Below are positions 1 through 9,135 of a stretch of 34,509 nucleotides of DNA, piece by piece (position 1 is the first letter of the stretch; every line of letters begins with the position of its first letter). A program made the translations under genes and the position numbers. The stretch spans positions 1 through 34,509 of the IMG/VR virus record IMGVR_UViG_3300045988_143498, one strand, 5' to 3'. This stretch comes from a virus. A model generated the notes under the pieces. That model was not told the DNA's origin, searched no databases, and worked only from the letters and a program-made list of their open reading frames with translations.

Positions 1-55
1 AAAGAGCACACAAATACAACGGTGAATGGTTGTATTGTAGCTGGTATGCTTAAAT
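1..55 (+). repeat. Terminal overlap copy 1 (identical to 34455..34509)
   Basis: AAAGAGCACACAAATACAACGGTGAATGGTTGTATTGTAGCTGGTATGCTTAAAT is present at both window ends. It is the 3' end of CDS 33959..34507. Confidence 0.95.
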
Positions 56-78
56 GAAAAAGAAGTTATTGAAAATAG

Positions 79-103
79 GGGCTATATTGTTTATAGCCCT
101 TTA
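79..103 (+). terminator. Hairpin terminator candidate downstream of CDS 33959..34507 (across the circle junction)
   Basis: GGGCTATA (79-86), 5-nt loop, TATAGCCC (92-99), followed by TTTAAAC. The T tract is weak. Confidence 0.45.
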
Positions 104-378
104 AACGTAAAATAAAGGGCAATACAAAGCCTTTTTTATTTTGGCTTAAGGGGTAAGCCTGTTTATAAGTTCGTACGTGTACGAAGGTTTTAAGTGATAA
201 TTTAATAGTGTATAAGGCTATCGTTTGATAGCTTTTATTATTATCTTATGTATCTATGCCCTTAAAAGCTATTTTAAAGCCTTTTAAGAGACTTTTATTA
301 TTTACCTTATAACACTACTTAAATAAACTAAACAACGCAACAGGGGGCTAGAAATAGCTTTAAATGTGTTTTTAAAAA

Positions 379-433
379 GACCCCCCCGAGGGGTGAGGGC
401 AGTATGTGCCACTGGGGGAACGGGGTGGGGGAC
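379..433. other. Candidate cos (cohesive-end) site region
   Basis: An isolated GC-rich block (GACCCCCCCGAGGGGTGAGGGC...GGGGGAACGGGGTGGGGGAC) in an otherwise AT-rich genome, ~100 nt upstream of terS. An HNH endonuclease gene lies next to terL. Confidence 0.5.
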
Positions 434-468
434 TTAGTATCTGTTAGAGATTTCGCACGTAAGGGGGC

Positions 469-504
469 ATACGACAGTTCAAACCGACAACAGTATACGA
501 CAGT
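469..504 (+). repeat. Direct repeats ATACGACAGT x2 plus a CGACAACAGT variant, between the GC-rich block and terS
   Basis: ATACGACAGT occurs at 469-478 and 495-504, with the related CCGACAACAGT at 484-494. These are possible small-terminase binding sites. Confidence 0.4.
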
Positions 505-530
505 AAATAGACAAAATAGAAAGGAGTTTT

Positions 531-1040
531 ATGGCTGATAAAATCGTTTTAAATAAAACCAAACTAGCAAGGAATTATGGATTAAATCGTGAAACAGTCA
601 TTAAATATGCTAAAAAGTGTATTAAAGACGAGAAAAACATTTCCAAGAAAGAATATGACGCTTTATTAGAAATGTGTACGAAGCTCAAACAGTCTAAAGA
701 GAACAAACTAAACTTTGAAGAACAAGTTCAAGAAATTCACAGCGACGCTAAAATTGAATTTTCCAACGATAAATCGTCCATATCAGAGTTGTTGGCTCAA
801 GAAAGGACTGATTATAATTATTTTCTTAAATGTTTGGAAGTTGACAAAAAAAAGGTTGAAATGGCTAACAAACTTGATTGGGATAATGACAACAGCAAAG
901 ATACCGCCCTAATTATCTCGACTTATAAGAGAGAATTAAGAGAAGATAAAAAAACACTACTTAATATAGGCGCTAGAATTAATGAGTATGAAGAAAAGTT
1001 GGCTTTAGTCGGTGAAGAAGAAGACAACCCGTTCGACTAA
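531..1040 (+). CDS. terS: Putative terminase small subunit
   Basis: 169 aa, immediately upstream of and overlapping terL. It has an N-terminal HTH-like segment (KTKLARNYGLNRETVIKYAKK), a coiled-coil-like centre, and the RBS AAAGGAG. Confidence 0.55.
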   Translation: MADKIVLNKTKLARNYGLNRETVIKYAKKCIKDEKNISKKEYDALLEMCTKLKQSKENKLNFEEQVQEIHSDAKIEFSNDKSSISELLAQERTDYNYFLKCLEVDKKKVEMANKLDWDNDNSKDTALIISTYKRELREDKKTLLNIGARINEYEEKLALVGEEEDNPFD

Positions 1041-2970
1041 TGACTTTTTTAAGTTCATTGAAGATGTTGAAAAGCGCCCAGATGAGTATTCAGATAAAAT
1101 CGTTAAACAAGTAGCACTTCAAAGGAAGATGTTAAAAAAATATGATTTTATCGAAGAAAAAGGTAAAAAGTGTGTTGATTGGATAGAAAAATACTGTTAT
1201 TTGACCGAGGGTGAAAAGGCAGGAAGTCGAGTAAAACTCATGTTATGGCAAAAGTGGATAATTTATTCCATTTTTTGTTTTTATGGTGATATCGAAACCG
1301 AGATTTTTGATGAGAATGGCGAATATTTGGGAATTGGCAAGAAATATCAAAGAATTGTCAATGATGTATTAATCGTTATCGGTAGTGGTAATTCAAAAAC
1401 TACTTTTATAGCCTTTGTGGTTGCTTATGTAATGTATAGCAACTGTTTACCAAGCCCAAAGGTGTATATAGGTTCAAATGCCTACAAGCAATCTAAAATT
1501 TGCTTTGATGTAGTCAAAAAAGTAATTGAACGTAGCCCTGTTTTGTCTCAATATGCAAAGATTAGACAAACAATCGGTGAAATCGAGATACCACAAACAA
1601 ATGCCAAAGTAATTGCAATGTCTTCTCAAGGCGATAATTACGAAGGTATTATTCCAGCTTTGCTTATTATTGATGAAATCCACGCAATGCCTACAAACAC
1701 TTATGCAAGCAATTTGAGAAAGTCTACAAAAAGAAGTGACAAGCTGATTATTGAATTAACCACACAGGGAATTTGTAGAGGTGGGTATTTAGATGAGCGA
1801 TTAGAACTAGCCAACAGCTTATTAAATGAAGAAAGCCCACAAAGTGATGATAAAAAGTTCTTTGCAATATTTGAACAAAAGAACGAGGAAGAAGTCTTTA
1901 AAGCGTTTGAAACAAACAACATAAAGATTTTACGAAAAGCTAACCCAAGTTTAGGTGTTGCAGTTAGTGTCGAAGAATTAAAAGACAAAATAAAGGCTAT
2001 GATTAATGACCCTAAACAAAAGGTCACCACGCTTACTAAAAACTTCAATATCCCACAAAACCCTGTTACTTCTTACTTTAGTGAGATTGAATGTAGAACA
2101 AAGCCATTTAATGAAGATATCTTCTATGGAGCGCCTATATTTTTAGGGCTTGATATGGCTTATACAAGAAATCCTAGTAATGACCTTACTTGTTTGAAAA
2201 TGCTTATGGTCAATCCTTTTACTGGAGAAGAATATAGCAAAGATTTTTACTTTTTACCTAGATGGTATGAAGAAGAAACCAAAAACAAGGATGAGATTGA
2301 AATTATTAAAAAAGATATGCTTATCGAAAAGTCAAAAGTTGATACAAACATCCTTTATAACAAAAGACAAAAAAAATATGGCTATGAAATGTACGCTAAA
2401 AGAGGTGATTTAGTTGTTTTAGATGAAGACTTAAGGCAAGAAATGAGCAAATGTTTTGGTCAAGAAGTATTTTTTGATATGACAGGCATAACAGAAGATT
2501 TTATACTTTTATTCATTACCTATTTGGAAAAAAAGTACAAATGGATATTGTGTAAGTTTGGTTTAGACCCAAACAAGGCTTCTAAAATTAGTTCAGTTAG
2601 TGAAAGGGCAATACGTTCACTTGATACTAAAAATCCTGTTATTCAATTTAGAATGGAAAATAAAAAGATAAGTAACCCTATTATCGTAGCTACAAAGGAT
2701 ATAAGAAGTCAAAGAAAGGTTTATAACAATAACCGTTTGACCGAGTTACATTTTGCAAATGCACAAGCAAAGGAAGACCAATTTGGAAGTATTACCTTTG
2801 TAAATCCTAAATATGCTAGAAAAGATGGGGTTATAGCGGAACTATCTGCAAGAAGTGCTTACAATGTCTTTACAACTAACAAAGACACAGGAGAAGCAAA
2901 CACAGAGTTTCTTAAGAATTGGTGGAAAGCAAATGAGGTGAGAATTAATGGGTTACTCGAAAGAACTTAA
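1012..2970 (+). CDS. terL: Terminase large subunit
   Basis: 652 aa with a Walker A-like motif (VIGSGNSKT) and a Walker B-like motif (LLIIDEIH). It sits upstream of the portal gene. Confidence 0.9.
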   Translation: MKKKTTRSTNDFFKFIEDVEKRPDEYSDKIVKQVALQRKMLKKYDFIEEKGKKCVDWIEKYCYLTEGEKAGSRVKLMLWQKWIIYSIFCFYGDIETEIFDENGEYLGIGKKYQRIVNDVLIVIGSGNSKTTFIAFVVAYVMYSNCLPSPKVYIGSNAYKQSKICFDVVKKVIERSPVLSQYAKIRQTIGEIEIPQTNAKVIAMSSQGDNYEGIIPALLIIDEIHAMPTNTYASNLRKSTKRSDKLIIELTTQGICRGGYLDERLELANSLLNEESPQSDDKKFFAIFEQKNEEEVFKAFETNNIKILRKANPSLGVAVSVEELKDKIKAMINDPKQKVTTLTKNFNIPQNPVTSYFSEIECRTKPFNEDIFYGAPIFLGLDMAYTRNPSNDLTCLKMLMVNPFTGEEYSKDFYFLPRWYEEETKNKDEIEIIKKDMLIEKSKVDTNILYNKRQKKYGYEMYAKRGDLVVLDEDLRQEMSKCFGQEVFFDMTGITEDFILLFITYLEKKYKWILCKFGLDPNKASKISSVSERAIRSLDTKNPVIQFRMENKKISNPIIVATKDIRSQRKVYNNNRLTELHFANAQAKEDQFGSITFVNPKYARKDGVIAELSARSAYNVFTTNKDTGEANTEFLKNWWKANEVRINGLLERT

Positions 2971-3265
2971 ACCTTATCAAAAAGCAGTCTATAAATGCCC
3001 CAACTGGAAAGGTGTTAGGGAGCAAGTAATTGCTAGAGATAAGGGTATATGTTATTTTTGTGGAAAACTTGTCACAAGAAGACAAACAATCCACCACAAG
3101 AAGGAAATAAACGAAGAGAATTTTAGCGACTTTAATGTCGCTTTTAATTTAGACAATTTAGTTTTATGTCATGCTGATTGCCATGATATGCACCACCGTA
3201 GGTTTGGTTATAAAAGCTCAATTGTAAATGATGATTTAAGTATTGATTATAAGAAAAGAGAGTAA
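2948..3265 (+). CDS. HNH endonuclease (packaging-associated)
   Basis: CYFCG ... IHHKKE ... NLVLCHADCHDMHH matches the HNH / zinc-finger signature. The gene lies between terL and portal. Confidence 0.85.
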   Translation: MGYSKELKPYQKAVYKCPNWKGVREQVIARDKGICYFCGKLVTRRQTIHHKKEINEENFSDFNVAFNLDNLVLCHADCHDMHHRRFGYKSSIVNDDLSIDYKKRE

Positions 3266-3267
3266 GG

Positions 3268-4494
3268 ATGAGATTTAATGTACCATTAACAAATTACACG
3301 GTGAATATCACAAAAAGGGGCTTTAATTTTGTCAAAAATGGTCAATTAGTTAGTTTTACAGATTGGTTAGGTAATGCGAAATTTGTTACAAGTACACCAA
3401 TTATGGAAGAAATATATTCAACCATTGCCAACGAGTTTGCAAAACTAGATTTAGGACACGTTGTTTTTAAAGATGGTAAATACAGAAAATTAGATGATGA
3501 CCTAGATTATATCGTTAGGGAAAGACCTAACCAATTTATGACAGCGTTTGATTTTAAATTTATTATGATTTATCAACTTTTAAAATATGGCAATGCGATA
3601 GCCTTTATTAACCGTGACAAAAAAGGAAATGTGATTAGTATTGACCCTGTTGATGTTTTAGATTTTGAATTTGGTTCAGGCTTTCAAATAGCTGATGACT
3701 TAATAGTTTATAAATACAAAGACAAGAAAACAAAGAATATTTTGTTAGTCGATTATAGAAATCTAATACATTTAAGGCTAAACCCCAACAATATTTTCAA
3801 TGGTGATTTATTTACAGGAATTAGCAACAACAAGGTTATTACCGACTTAATTGATAACTCATTAGCTAGTGCTATTAGAGAGTTAGAAGATAACGGAACT
3901 GTTAGAGGTGTTATCTCAATAGGTAAATCAGGGTTCTATGGTTCAGGCTTTGTCAATGCTACATTAGCAGGCAAAGATGAAAAGATGAGCAAGCAACAAG
4001 AAATCATTGAACGTATCAAGTCTACAAAGGGCGGAATTTTGGTATTGGACGCAGGAGAAGAATGGCAATCATTATCAAGCCCATTTTCAACTACTTCAAG
4101 TGAAGAAATAGACCGTTATATTGATATGCTTTTACAGTTCAACGGTATTTCTAAAAAGGTTGTGAATGGTGAAGCGACAACCGAGCAAATGGAAGTGTTT
4201 TTTAATAAAACAATCGTGCCACGAATTGAGCAGTTTATAAGTGAAATCAATTACAAGGTTTTTACAAAAACAGCACGTTCACAAGGTCATAGGATTGAAT
4301 ATTATCGTAACCCATTTGAGTATTTGCCAATTGATAAGGCTATTGATGTCGCTTATAAGAGTATTCAAGATTTAACTACAAATGAGCGCAGAAGATGGAT
4401 TTACAAGGCACCGCCTATTAAGGGTGGGGATGTACTTTTCTCTAATAAAAACTTTATGCCTATAAGTGAGTTAGGAAAGGAAAACAATGAATAA
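3268..4494 (+). CDS. Portal protein (HK97-family-like)
   Basis: 408 aa, located between the terminase/HNH genes and the prohead protease. Size and position fit a portal protein. Confidence 0.85.
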   Translation: MRFNVPLTNYTVNITKRGFNFVKNGQLVSFTDWLGNAKFVTSTPIMEEIYSTIANEFAKLDLGHVVFKDGKYRKLDDDLDYIVRERPNQFMTAFDFKFIMIYQLLKYGNAIAFINRDKKGNVISIDPVDVLDFEFGSGFQIADDLIVYKYKDKKTKNILLVDYRNLIHLRLNPNNIFNGDLFTGISNNKVITDLIDNSLASAIRELEDNGTVRGVISIGKSGFYGSGFVNATLAGKDEKMSKQQEIIERIKSTKGGILVLDAGEEWQSLSSPFSTTSSEEIDRYIDMLLQFNGISKKVVNGEATTEQMEVFFNKTIVPRIEQFISEINYKVFTKTARSQGHRIEYYRNPFEYLPIDKAIDVAYKSIQDLTTNERRRWIYKAPPIKGGDVLFSNKNFMPISELGKENNE

Positions 4495-5062
4495 CATTAC
4501 AAGAATTTTTGATGTTGAATTAAGAGCAAAACAAGGAGACAGCCGAGAAGTCGAAGGCTATGCGGTAGTGTTTAATGCTAGCACTGATTTAGGTTATTTT
4601 ACAGAAGAAATCGATAAACACGCTTTTGACAATTGCGATATGTCTGATGTTTACCTTTTATTCAACCATGATGAAAATCAAATTTTAGCTGGAACTGCAA
4701 ATAATAGCTTGCAGTTGAAGATAGACGAAAGGGGCTTATTTCAGACTTCACAAATCATTGATACAAGCATTGGCGAAGATATTTTTAAATTAGTAAAAAA
4801 TGGGCTAATAAAGAAAATGTCATTTGGCTTTAGCATTGACAAAGATGGTGGCGAAGAATGGATAAGTCACGAAGACAAAGACCATAGAATTATCAAAAAA
4901 ATTAACAAGCTTTATGATGTTTCGCTTGTTACTTATCCAGCGTATGAGCAAACATCAGCGTATGCCCGTTGCCAAAGTGATGAAATGGCAAACGAGTATT
5001 TAAGAAGAAAAGAACAAAGTAAAAAAATGGAGGAATTAATCAATGGAAAAAATCTTAAATAG
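4487..5062 (+). CDS. Prohead maturation protease (HK97 / S78 family-like)
   Basis: Motifs LLFNHD, MSFGFS and LYDVSLVTYPAYEQT. It lies directly upstream of the capsid gene. Confidence 0.85.
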   Translation: MNNITRIFDVELRAKQGDSREVEGYAVVFNASTDLGYFTEEIDKHAFDNCDMSDVYLLFNHDENQILAGTANNSLQLKIDERGLFQTSQIIDTSIGEDIFKLVKNGLIKKMSFGFSIDKDGGEEWISHEDKDHRIIKKINKLYDVSLVTYPAYEQTSAYARCQSDEMANEYLRRKEQSKKMEELINGKNLK

Positions 5063-6305
5063 TGCAATGGCTATTGCCGAGATTGAAAAGCTTACTACTA
5101 GAAAAAGTGAAATCGCTAAAACAGTAGAAGAAAAAAGAAGTGCATTTGAAACTGCTGATGTTGAAACTAGAGACGCTTTAGTTAAGGAAGTTGAAAATCT
5201 AGTAAACGAAGGCAATTCAATTGATGAACAAATTACACAATTAGAAGAATTAAGAGCAAAATATGAGGAGCAAGAAAGAGCAATGGGAGCAGTCGGAAAT
5301 CTAACAGATAAGAATATTCAAATTAGAAAAGAAGCTAGAAAACAAGATGAAAACCCACTAGCAAGTAAGGAATACAACAAGGTATATGCCGACTACTTAA
5401 GAAGTGGTAATAAAGACAATTTAAACGTTTATTTAAGAACTGCAAATCTAGCTACTACAACAGACAATGTACCTATTCCAACAATTATGCAAGGCTTTGT
5501 AGAAACTGCATGGGAAAAGTATGGTAAGTTCTCAAGAATTGTAAGAGAAACATTTATTAAGGGTATTATCAATGTGCCTGTTGAAAAATCAGCTGATGAC
5601 GCAGTATGGCATGATGAAAACACAGCAGAACCAACTCAAGAAACTATTACATTAGATTCAATCATGTTAAAGCCTAAAATGATTAAAAAGTGGATTGCAC
5701 TTACTGATGAATTAATGGCAATGGCACCAGAGGAATTTTTGCAATATGTAGCTGATGAGCTTGTTTATAAGGTTGTATTAGCACTTGACCATGCAATTAT
5801 TTCAAGAACTGATGTAGGTGGTAACGGTGTTATCGGTATTGTTGGTAACGCAAATACTGCAACAGTAACAAAGGCTTTAAGCTTTAATGTAGTTAACGAA
5901 GCAATTGTCGAGATTGAAAGTGAAAACAACTTACTTGTTGCTATGAACAAGAAGACTTTCTTTCAAAACTTCATGGGCTTAACCGATACTACTGGTAGAC
6001 CAATTTATCAAATTATCGGTGAAAATACTGAAAAGGCTAGATATTTCTTAAATGGTATCCCTGTTGAATTTACAAACGCTATTCAAGCATATGACACAGT
6101 TGAAAACGGCGGTGTATATGCGGTAGTTGGTGACTTTGCAAGAGGTTATCGTTTGAATTACCCTAACGGTAGAGAAGTTTCAACATTAATCGACCCTTAT
6201 ACTGGTGCTACTGAAGATGTCGTTAAGATGCTAGGCAAGTTATTTGTGGCTGGTAATGTTGTTAAGTTAAAGCACTTTGTACAATTAAAGAAGCCTACTG
6301 AATAA
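5043..6305 (+). CDS. Major capsid protein (HK97 fold family)
   Basis: 420 aa with an N-terminal coiled-coil delta-domain-like region, positioned after the protease. Confidence 0.85.
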   Translation: MEKILNSAMAIAEIEKLTTRKSEIAKTVEEKRSAFETADVETRDALVKEVENLVNEGNSIDEQITQLEELRAKYEEQERAMGAVGNLTDKNIQIRKEARKQDENPLASKEYNKVYADYLRSGNKDNLNVYLRTANLATTTDNVPIPTIMQGFVETAWEKYGKFSRIVRETFIKGIINVPVEKSADDAVWHDENTAEPTQETITLDSIMLKPKMIKKWIALTDELMAMAPEEFLQYVADELVYKVVLALDHAIISRTDVGGNGVIGIVGNANTATVTKALSFNVVNEAIVEIESENNLLVAMNKKTFFQNFMGLTDTTGRPIYQIIGENTEKARYFLNGIPVEFTNAIQAYDTVENGGVYAVVGDFARGYRLNYPNGREVSTLIDPYTGATEDVVKMLGKLFVAGNVVKLKHFVQLKKPTE

Positions 6306-6316
6306 GGAGCTTTCTT

Positions 6317-6532
6317 ATGAAAAAGTGTGAAGTTTTAAAGGATTGCGCCCTTGCCATTGGTAAGGGTTCAATCGTTTTTGTTAGTGATGTGCAATATAAC
6401 ATTGCTAGTGAACTTTTAAAGCCTATTACAGAAGAAGTTAACGAAGAACCAATTGAAGAGGTAATCGAAGAACCAATTGAAGAGGTTAATGAAAAGCCAG
6501 TTAAGGAAGAAAAAAAGAATAAAAAGAAATAA
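6317..6532 (+). CDS. Small acidic protein with EEPIEEV repeats (head decoration or scaffold-like, unknown)
   Basis: 71 aa, RBS AAGGAG, and an internal 24-bp tandem duplication. Confidence 0.5.
   Translation: MKKCEVLKDCALAIGKGSIVFVSDVQYNIASELLKPITEEVNEEPIEEVIEEPIEEVNEKPVKEEKKNKKK
6443..6490 (+). repeat. 24-bp tandem duplication (2 copies)
   Basis: GAAGAACCAATTGAAGAGGTAATC followed by GAAGAACCAATTGAAGAGGTTAAT, 22/24 identical. It encodes the EEPIEEV(I/N) repeat. Confidence 0.9.
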
Positions 6533-6544
6533 AGGGGGTAGGTT

Positions 6545-6838
6545 ATGGCAATTGCCACAATAGAACAAATTAGAGATGATATCAAAAAAGTACTACCCAT
6601 TGCCGATACGGATGTCTATGATGAAGAACTATTGATTTTAACATCAGGCGCTATTCATAAATTAGAAAAAGAGGGTGTGCCTAACTCATTTGATTATGGT
6701 ACACCCCCTTATCATGATTATCTATGTTGTTTAAGATATCAAGTCGCTTCTGATATGGATTTGGATATTGATGTAGAAAGGTTGCGTATTCAATATCTAG
6801 CCCGTGTTAACACTTTAAGATGTACATTAAATCGATAG
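6545..6838 (+). CDS. Head-tail connector (gp6-like) protein
   Basis: 97 aa. The N-terminus (IEQIRDDIKK..DTDVYDEELLIL) resembles phage head-tail connector proteins, and the position after the capsid gene fits. Confidence 0.55.
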   Translation: MAIATIEQIRDDIKKVLPIADTDVYDEELLILTSGAIHKLEKEGVPNSFDYGTPPYHDYLCCLRYQVASDMDLDIDVERLRIQYLARVNTLRCTLNR

Positions 6839-7152
6839 CCGACCTTATCTATACTAGTCAAAGCAAAACTGAAAATGGTTCACCCGTTGAGCTTGAAATT
6901 GTCAAAGAAAAAGTCAAAGTAAACGAAACTGAAACATTTAGTAGTCGTTATTATGATGATGAACAGCGTTTAATGCGACTTTCAAGAAATCTAATAGTAC
7001 CAACCTATTATGTCAAAGATATTCAAGAGAACGGTTTAAATTACGAATTAAGCTATGTCAACTATGAGGGAAAAAAATACAAAGTAAGAAATATATTAAA
7101 AGTCAAGCATACACGATTAAATATGTTGCTTGATATACAGGAGTTAAGATGA
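6820..7152 (+). CDS. Putative head-closure / head-tail adaptor protein
   Basis: 110 aa, called by synteny in the head-tail joining block. Confidence 0.45.
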   Translation: MYIKSIADLIYTSQSKTENGSPVELEIVKEKVKVNETETFSSRYYDDEQRLMRLSRNLIVPTYYVKDIQENGLNYELSYVNYEGKKYKVRNILKVKHTRLNMLLDIQELR

Positions 7153-7478
7153 AAAGAAGTTTTACTCAAAAAGAATTATATGAATTACTTTGCACTAACC
7201 CCCTTAATGTTGATGTACACATTGGTGATTTAGATGATATGCAAGGAAAAGATTATATTTTCCTTGATTTTATTAATGATGTAGCTATTGGCTATGATGA
7301 TAACGGAGACTATCAAACAATTATTCAAATATCTGTTGCAACCAAAGATTTTGAAAAAAGGATAACTCTAACGGAGTTTATTAAAAAATATTTCTTTGCT
7401 CCAGCCACATATTCAAAAGATAGTGAAAGTGAATACTATATAGCTCAATTTACTTTAGGAGTGTTTATACACAAATGA
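7149..7478 (+). CDS. Putative head-tail joining / tail completion protein
   Basis: 109 aa, translationally coupled to its neighbours. The call rests on synteny only. Confidence 0.4.
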   Translation: MKRSFTQKELYELLCTNPLNVDVHIGDLDDMQGKDYIFLDFINDVAIGYDDNGDYQTIIQISVATKDFEKRITLTEFIKKYFFAPATYSKDSESEYYIAQFTLGVFIHK

Positions 7479-7861
7479 AGTATGTAGATATTGAGAAATT
7501 TGATAGGTTAGATATTAAACTAGACTACAAAGATATTGTTAGGTCATATGCAAAGAAAGCTCAAGACAAGTTAAAAGCCAATTCGCCTGATGATAAAAGA
7601 ATACAAGACCGCAAGAACGGTAAGTACAAAGATACATGGGCTATTCAAGAAAAAGATGGCAAATCATACTTTGAATGCAAGGTATGGAATGCTACAAATT
7701 GGCAATTAACACATTTATTAGAAAACGGTCATGTCATTGTTAACAAAAAAAATGGTGTTGGTTGGGCTAGCGCTAAACCACATATTAAACCTACTTATGA
7801 TAGTTTAAAACCAAAATTTGTAACAGCAATGACAACTGAAACAGAAATTAAAATCAAATAG
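7475..7861 (+). CDS. HK97 gp10-like tail-component protein
   Basis: 128 aa. The AKKAQDKLKANSPDD motif resembles the HK97 gp10 family, and the gene precedes the major tail protein. Confidence 0.5.
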   Translation: MKYVDIEKFDRLDIKLDYKDIVRSYAKKAQDKLKANSPDDKRIQDRKNGKYKDTWAIQEKDGKSYFECKVWNATNWQLTHLLENGHVIVNKKNGVGWASAKPHIKPTYDSLKPKFVTAMTTETEIKIK

Positions 7862-7874
7862 AAAGGATTTAAAG

Positions 7875-8471
7875 ATGGGAAGAATTATCCACGGTAATCA
7901 AAGTTTTGGTTATGCGCCTATTGTTACGGGTGAAAGTGATAGCCCTAAATTTGGTACACCAGTAATGCTTGCTGGTATGGTCAGCTCAACAATCGAAGTT
8001 GAACAAGACACAACATCAATTTATGCTGATAACGAGGTATATTGCAAGGTTAAGGGTGCTAAAGTTAGAACCGCTGAAGTTGCTTTTAGATATATCTCAA
8101 AAGAATATGCCGAGTTTTTAGGTTTTAAACTTAATCAAAACGGTATGCTTACAGATACAGGCGACTTTGCAAATCACTGTTTCTTTTTTGAGACAGTTGA
8201 AGAAGATTGCACAACTGGAACTGAAACTAGAACATTACATTACTTATACAATGTTAAGGGTGCAGAACCTACAAAGGAAACAAGCACTGATGAAGAAGAA
8301 GTTGAAGCAATGGAATTATCAGTTGAGTATACAGCTAGTGAAAGTGATTTTGTAGTTGATGATAATGGCAAGAAATGTCAATATGGCTACATTACAAGAA
8401 CCGAACAAAACGCTACTGTTTACGATACATTTAAACAAAAGGTATTATTACCAACAACAGCAATTAGTTAA
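7875..8471 (+). CDS. Major tail protein
   Basis: 198 aa with a strong RBS, directly upstream of the chaperone and tape measure genes, and followed by an attenuating hairpin. Confidence 0.75.
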   Translation: MGRIIHGNQSFGYAPIVTGESDSPKFGTPVMLAGMVSSTIEVEQDTTSIYADNEVYCKVKGAKVRTAEVAFRYISKEYAEFLGFKLNQNGMLTDTGDFANHCFFFETVEEDCTTGTETRTLHYLYNVKGAEPTKETSTDEEEVEAMELSVEYTASESDFVVDDNGKKCQYGYITRTEQNATVYDTFKQKVLLPTTAIS

Positions 8472-8483
8472 AAAAGAAAGGGT

Positions 8484-8512
8484 GGGGCAATATAAGGTTG
8501 CCCCTTATTTTT
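8484..8512 (+). terminator. Stem-loop with T tract after the major tail gene (attenuator candidate)
   Basis: GGGGCAA (8484-8490), 7-nt loop, TTGCCCC (8498-8504), then TTATTTTT. It overlaps the TTG start proposed by the ORF track; an alternative ATG lies at 8516. Confidence 0.55.
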
Positions 8513-8950
8513 GAAATGAAAATAATTAAACATACATTTACTGTTCCAAGTTTACAAGTTGTTAATGGGGAACTTAAAGAAGTTGGCTCAAAAACAGAAA
8601 CTTGTACTTTTACATTATTAAGCAAAGGCATTGGGCTATATGAAGAATTGGCGGATGAGCCTTTAATGGCTTCTTTATTAAAGTTTAATAAAGACAGTGA
8701 ACAAGATAGCGTTGGACAATTGCTTGATAAGAATTTTATTAAAAACCTAGCTTGTGCTTCTTATGTGAAAATCGAAGGTAACGCATTTCACAATAATAGA
8801 AAAACTTGTGAGGAATTTAAGAAGAAACAATTTTATGAAAAAATCAATGAAGATTTAGACTTTATAGGTGAGCTAATTGAAATGGCTTCTGATTGCATTA
8901 ACGACAAAAAGATTGCAAACAAAGCCAAAAATTCAAAAAAAAAGAGATAG
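8498..8950 (+). CDS. Tail assembly chaperone (G-like product)
   Basis: Located between the major tail and tape measure genes, and ends just after an A9 slippery run. The start is uncertain (TTG 8498 or ATG 8516). Confidence 0.7.
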   Translation: MPLIFEMKIIKHTFTVPSLQVVNGELKEVGSKTETCTFTLLSKGIGLYEELADEPLMASLLKFNKDSEQDSVGQLLDKNFIKNLACASYVKIEGNAFHNNRKTCEEFKKKQFYEKINEDLDFIGELIEMASDCINDKKIANKAKNSKKKR

Positions 8951-9123
8951 TTAGCTACCCTAAAATGTGTGCGTTGCTAGTAGCTTCTAAAATACCGCTA
9001 GAATGGGCGGATAATCAATATTGGTGTACATTGAGCCAAGTTGTTAGTGAACTTGTTAAATACACTACCCCAAAAAAGAAGGAAAAAGTAAGCGCTAGTG
9101 AAATGCAAAACTTCATTCAATAA
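8498..9123 (+). CDS. Tail assembly chaperone -1 frameshift product (GT-like)
   Basis: The -1 frame is open from the A run (8935-8943) to TAA at 9121-9123. By my translation it reads ...KKEIVSYPKMCALLVASKIPLEWADNQYWCTLSQVVSELVKYTTPKKKEKVSASEMQNFIQ. Confidence 0.65.
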
Positions 9124-9135
9124 AGGAGAATTATA

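Noticed and set aside
715-912. Nested same-strand alternative-frame ORFs: 715-912, 8167-8355, 16424-16630, 18072-18254, 25217-25480
   Set aside because: They are fully contained in better-supported reading frames, have no RBS, and have basic or low-complexity composition. They are treated as frame artefacts.
6295-6600. Minus-strand ORF with SSIGSS/TSS repeats suggesting a serine-rich repeat protein
   Set aside because: It is the mirror image of the + strand EEPIEEV tandem duplication and overlaps two coupled + strand head genes.
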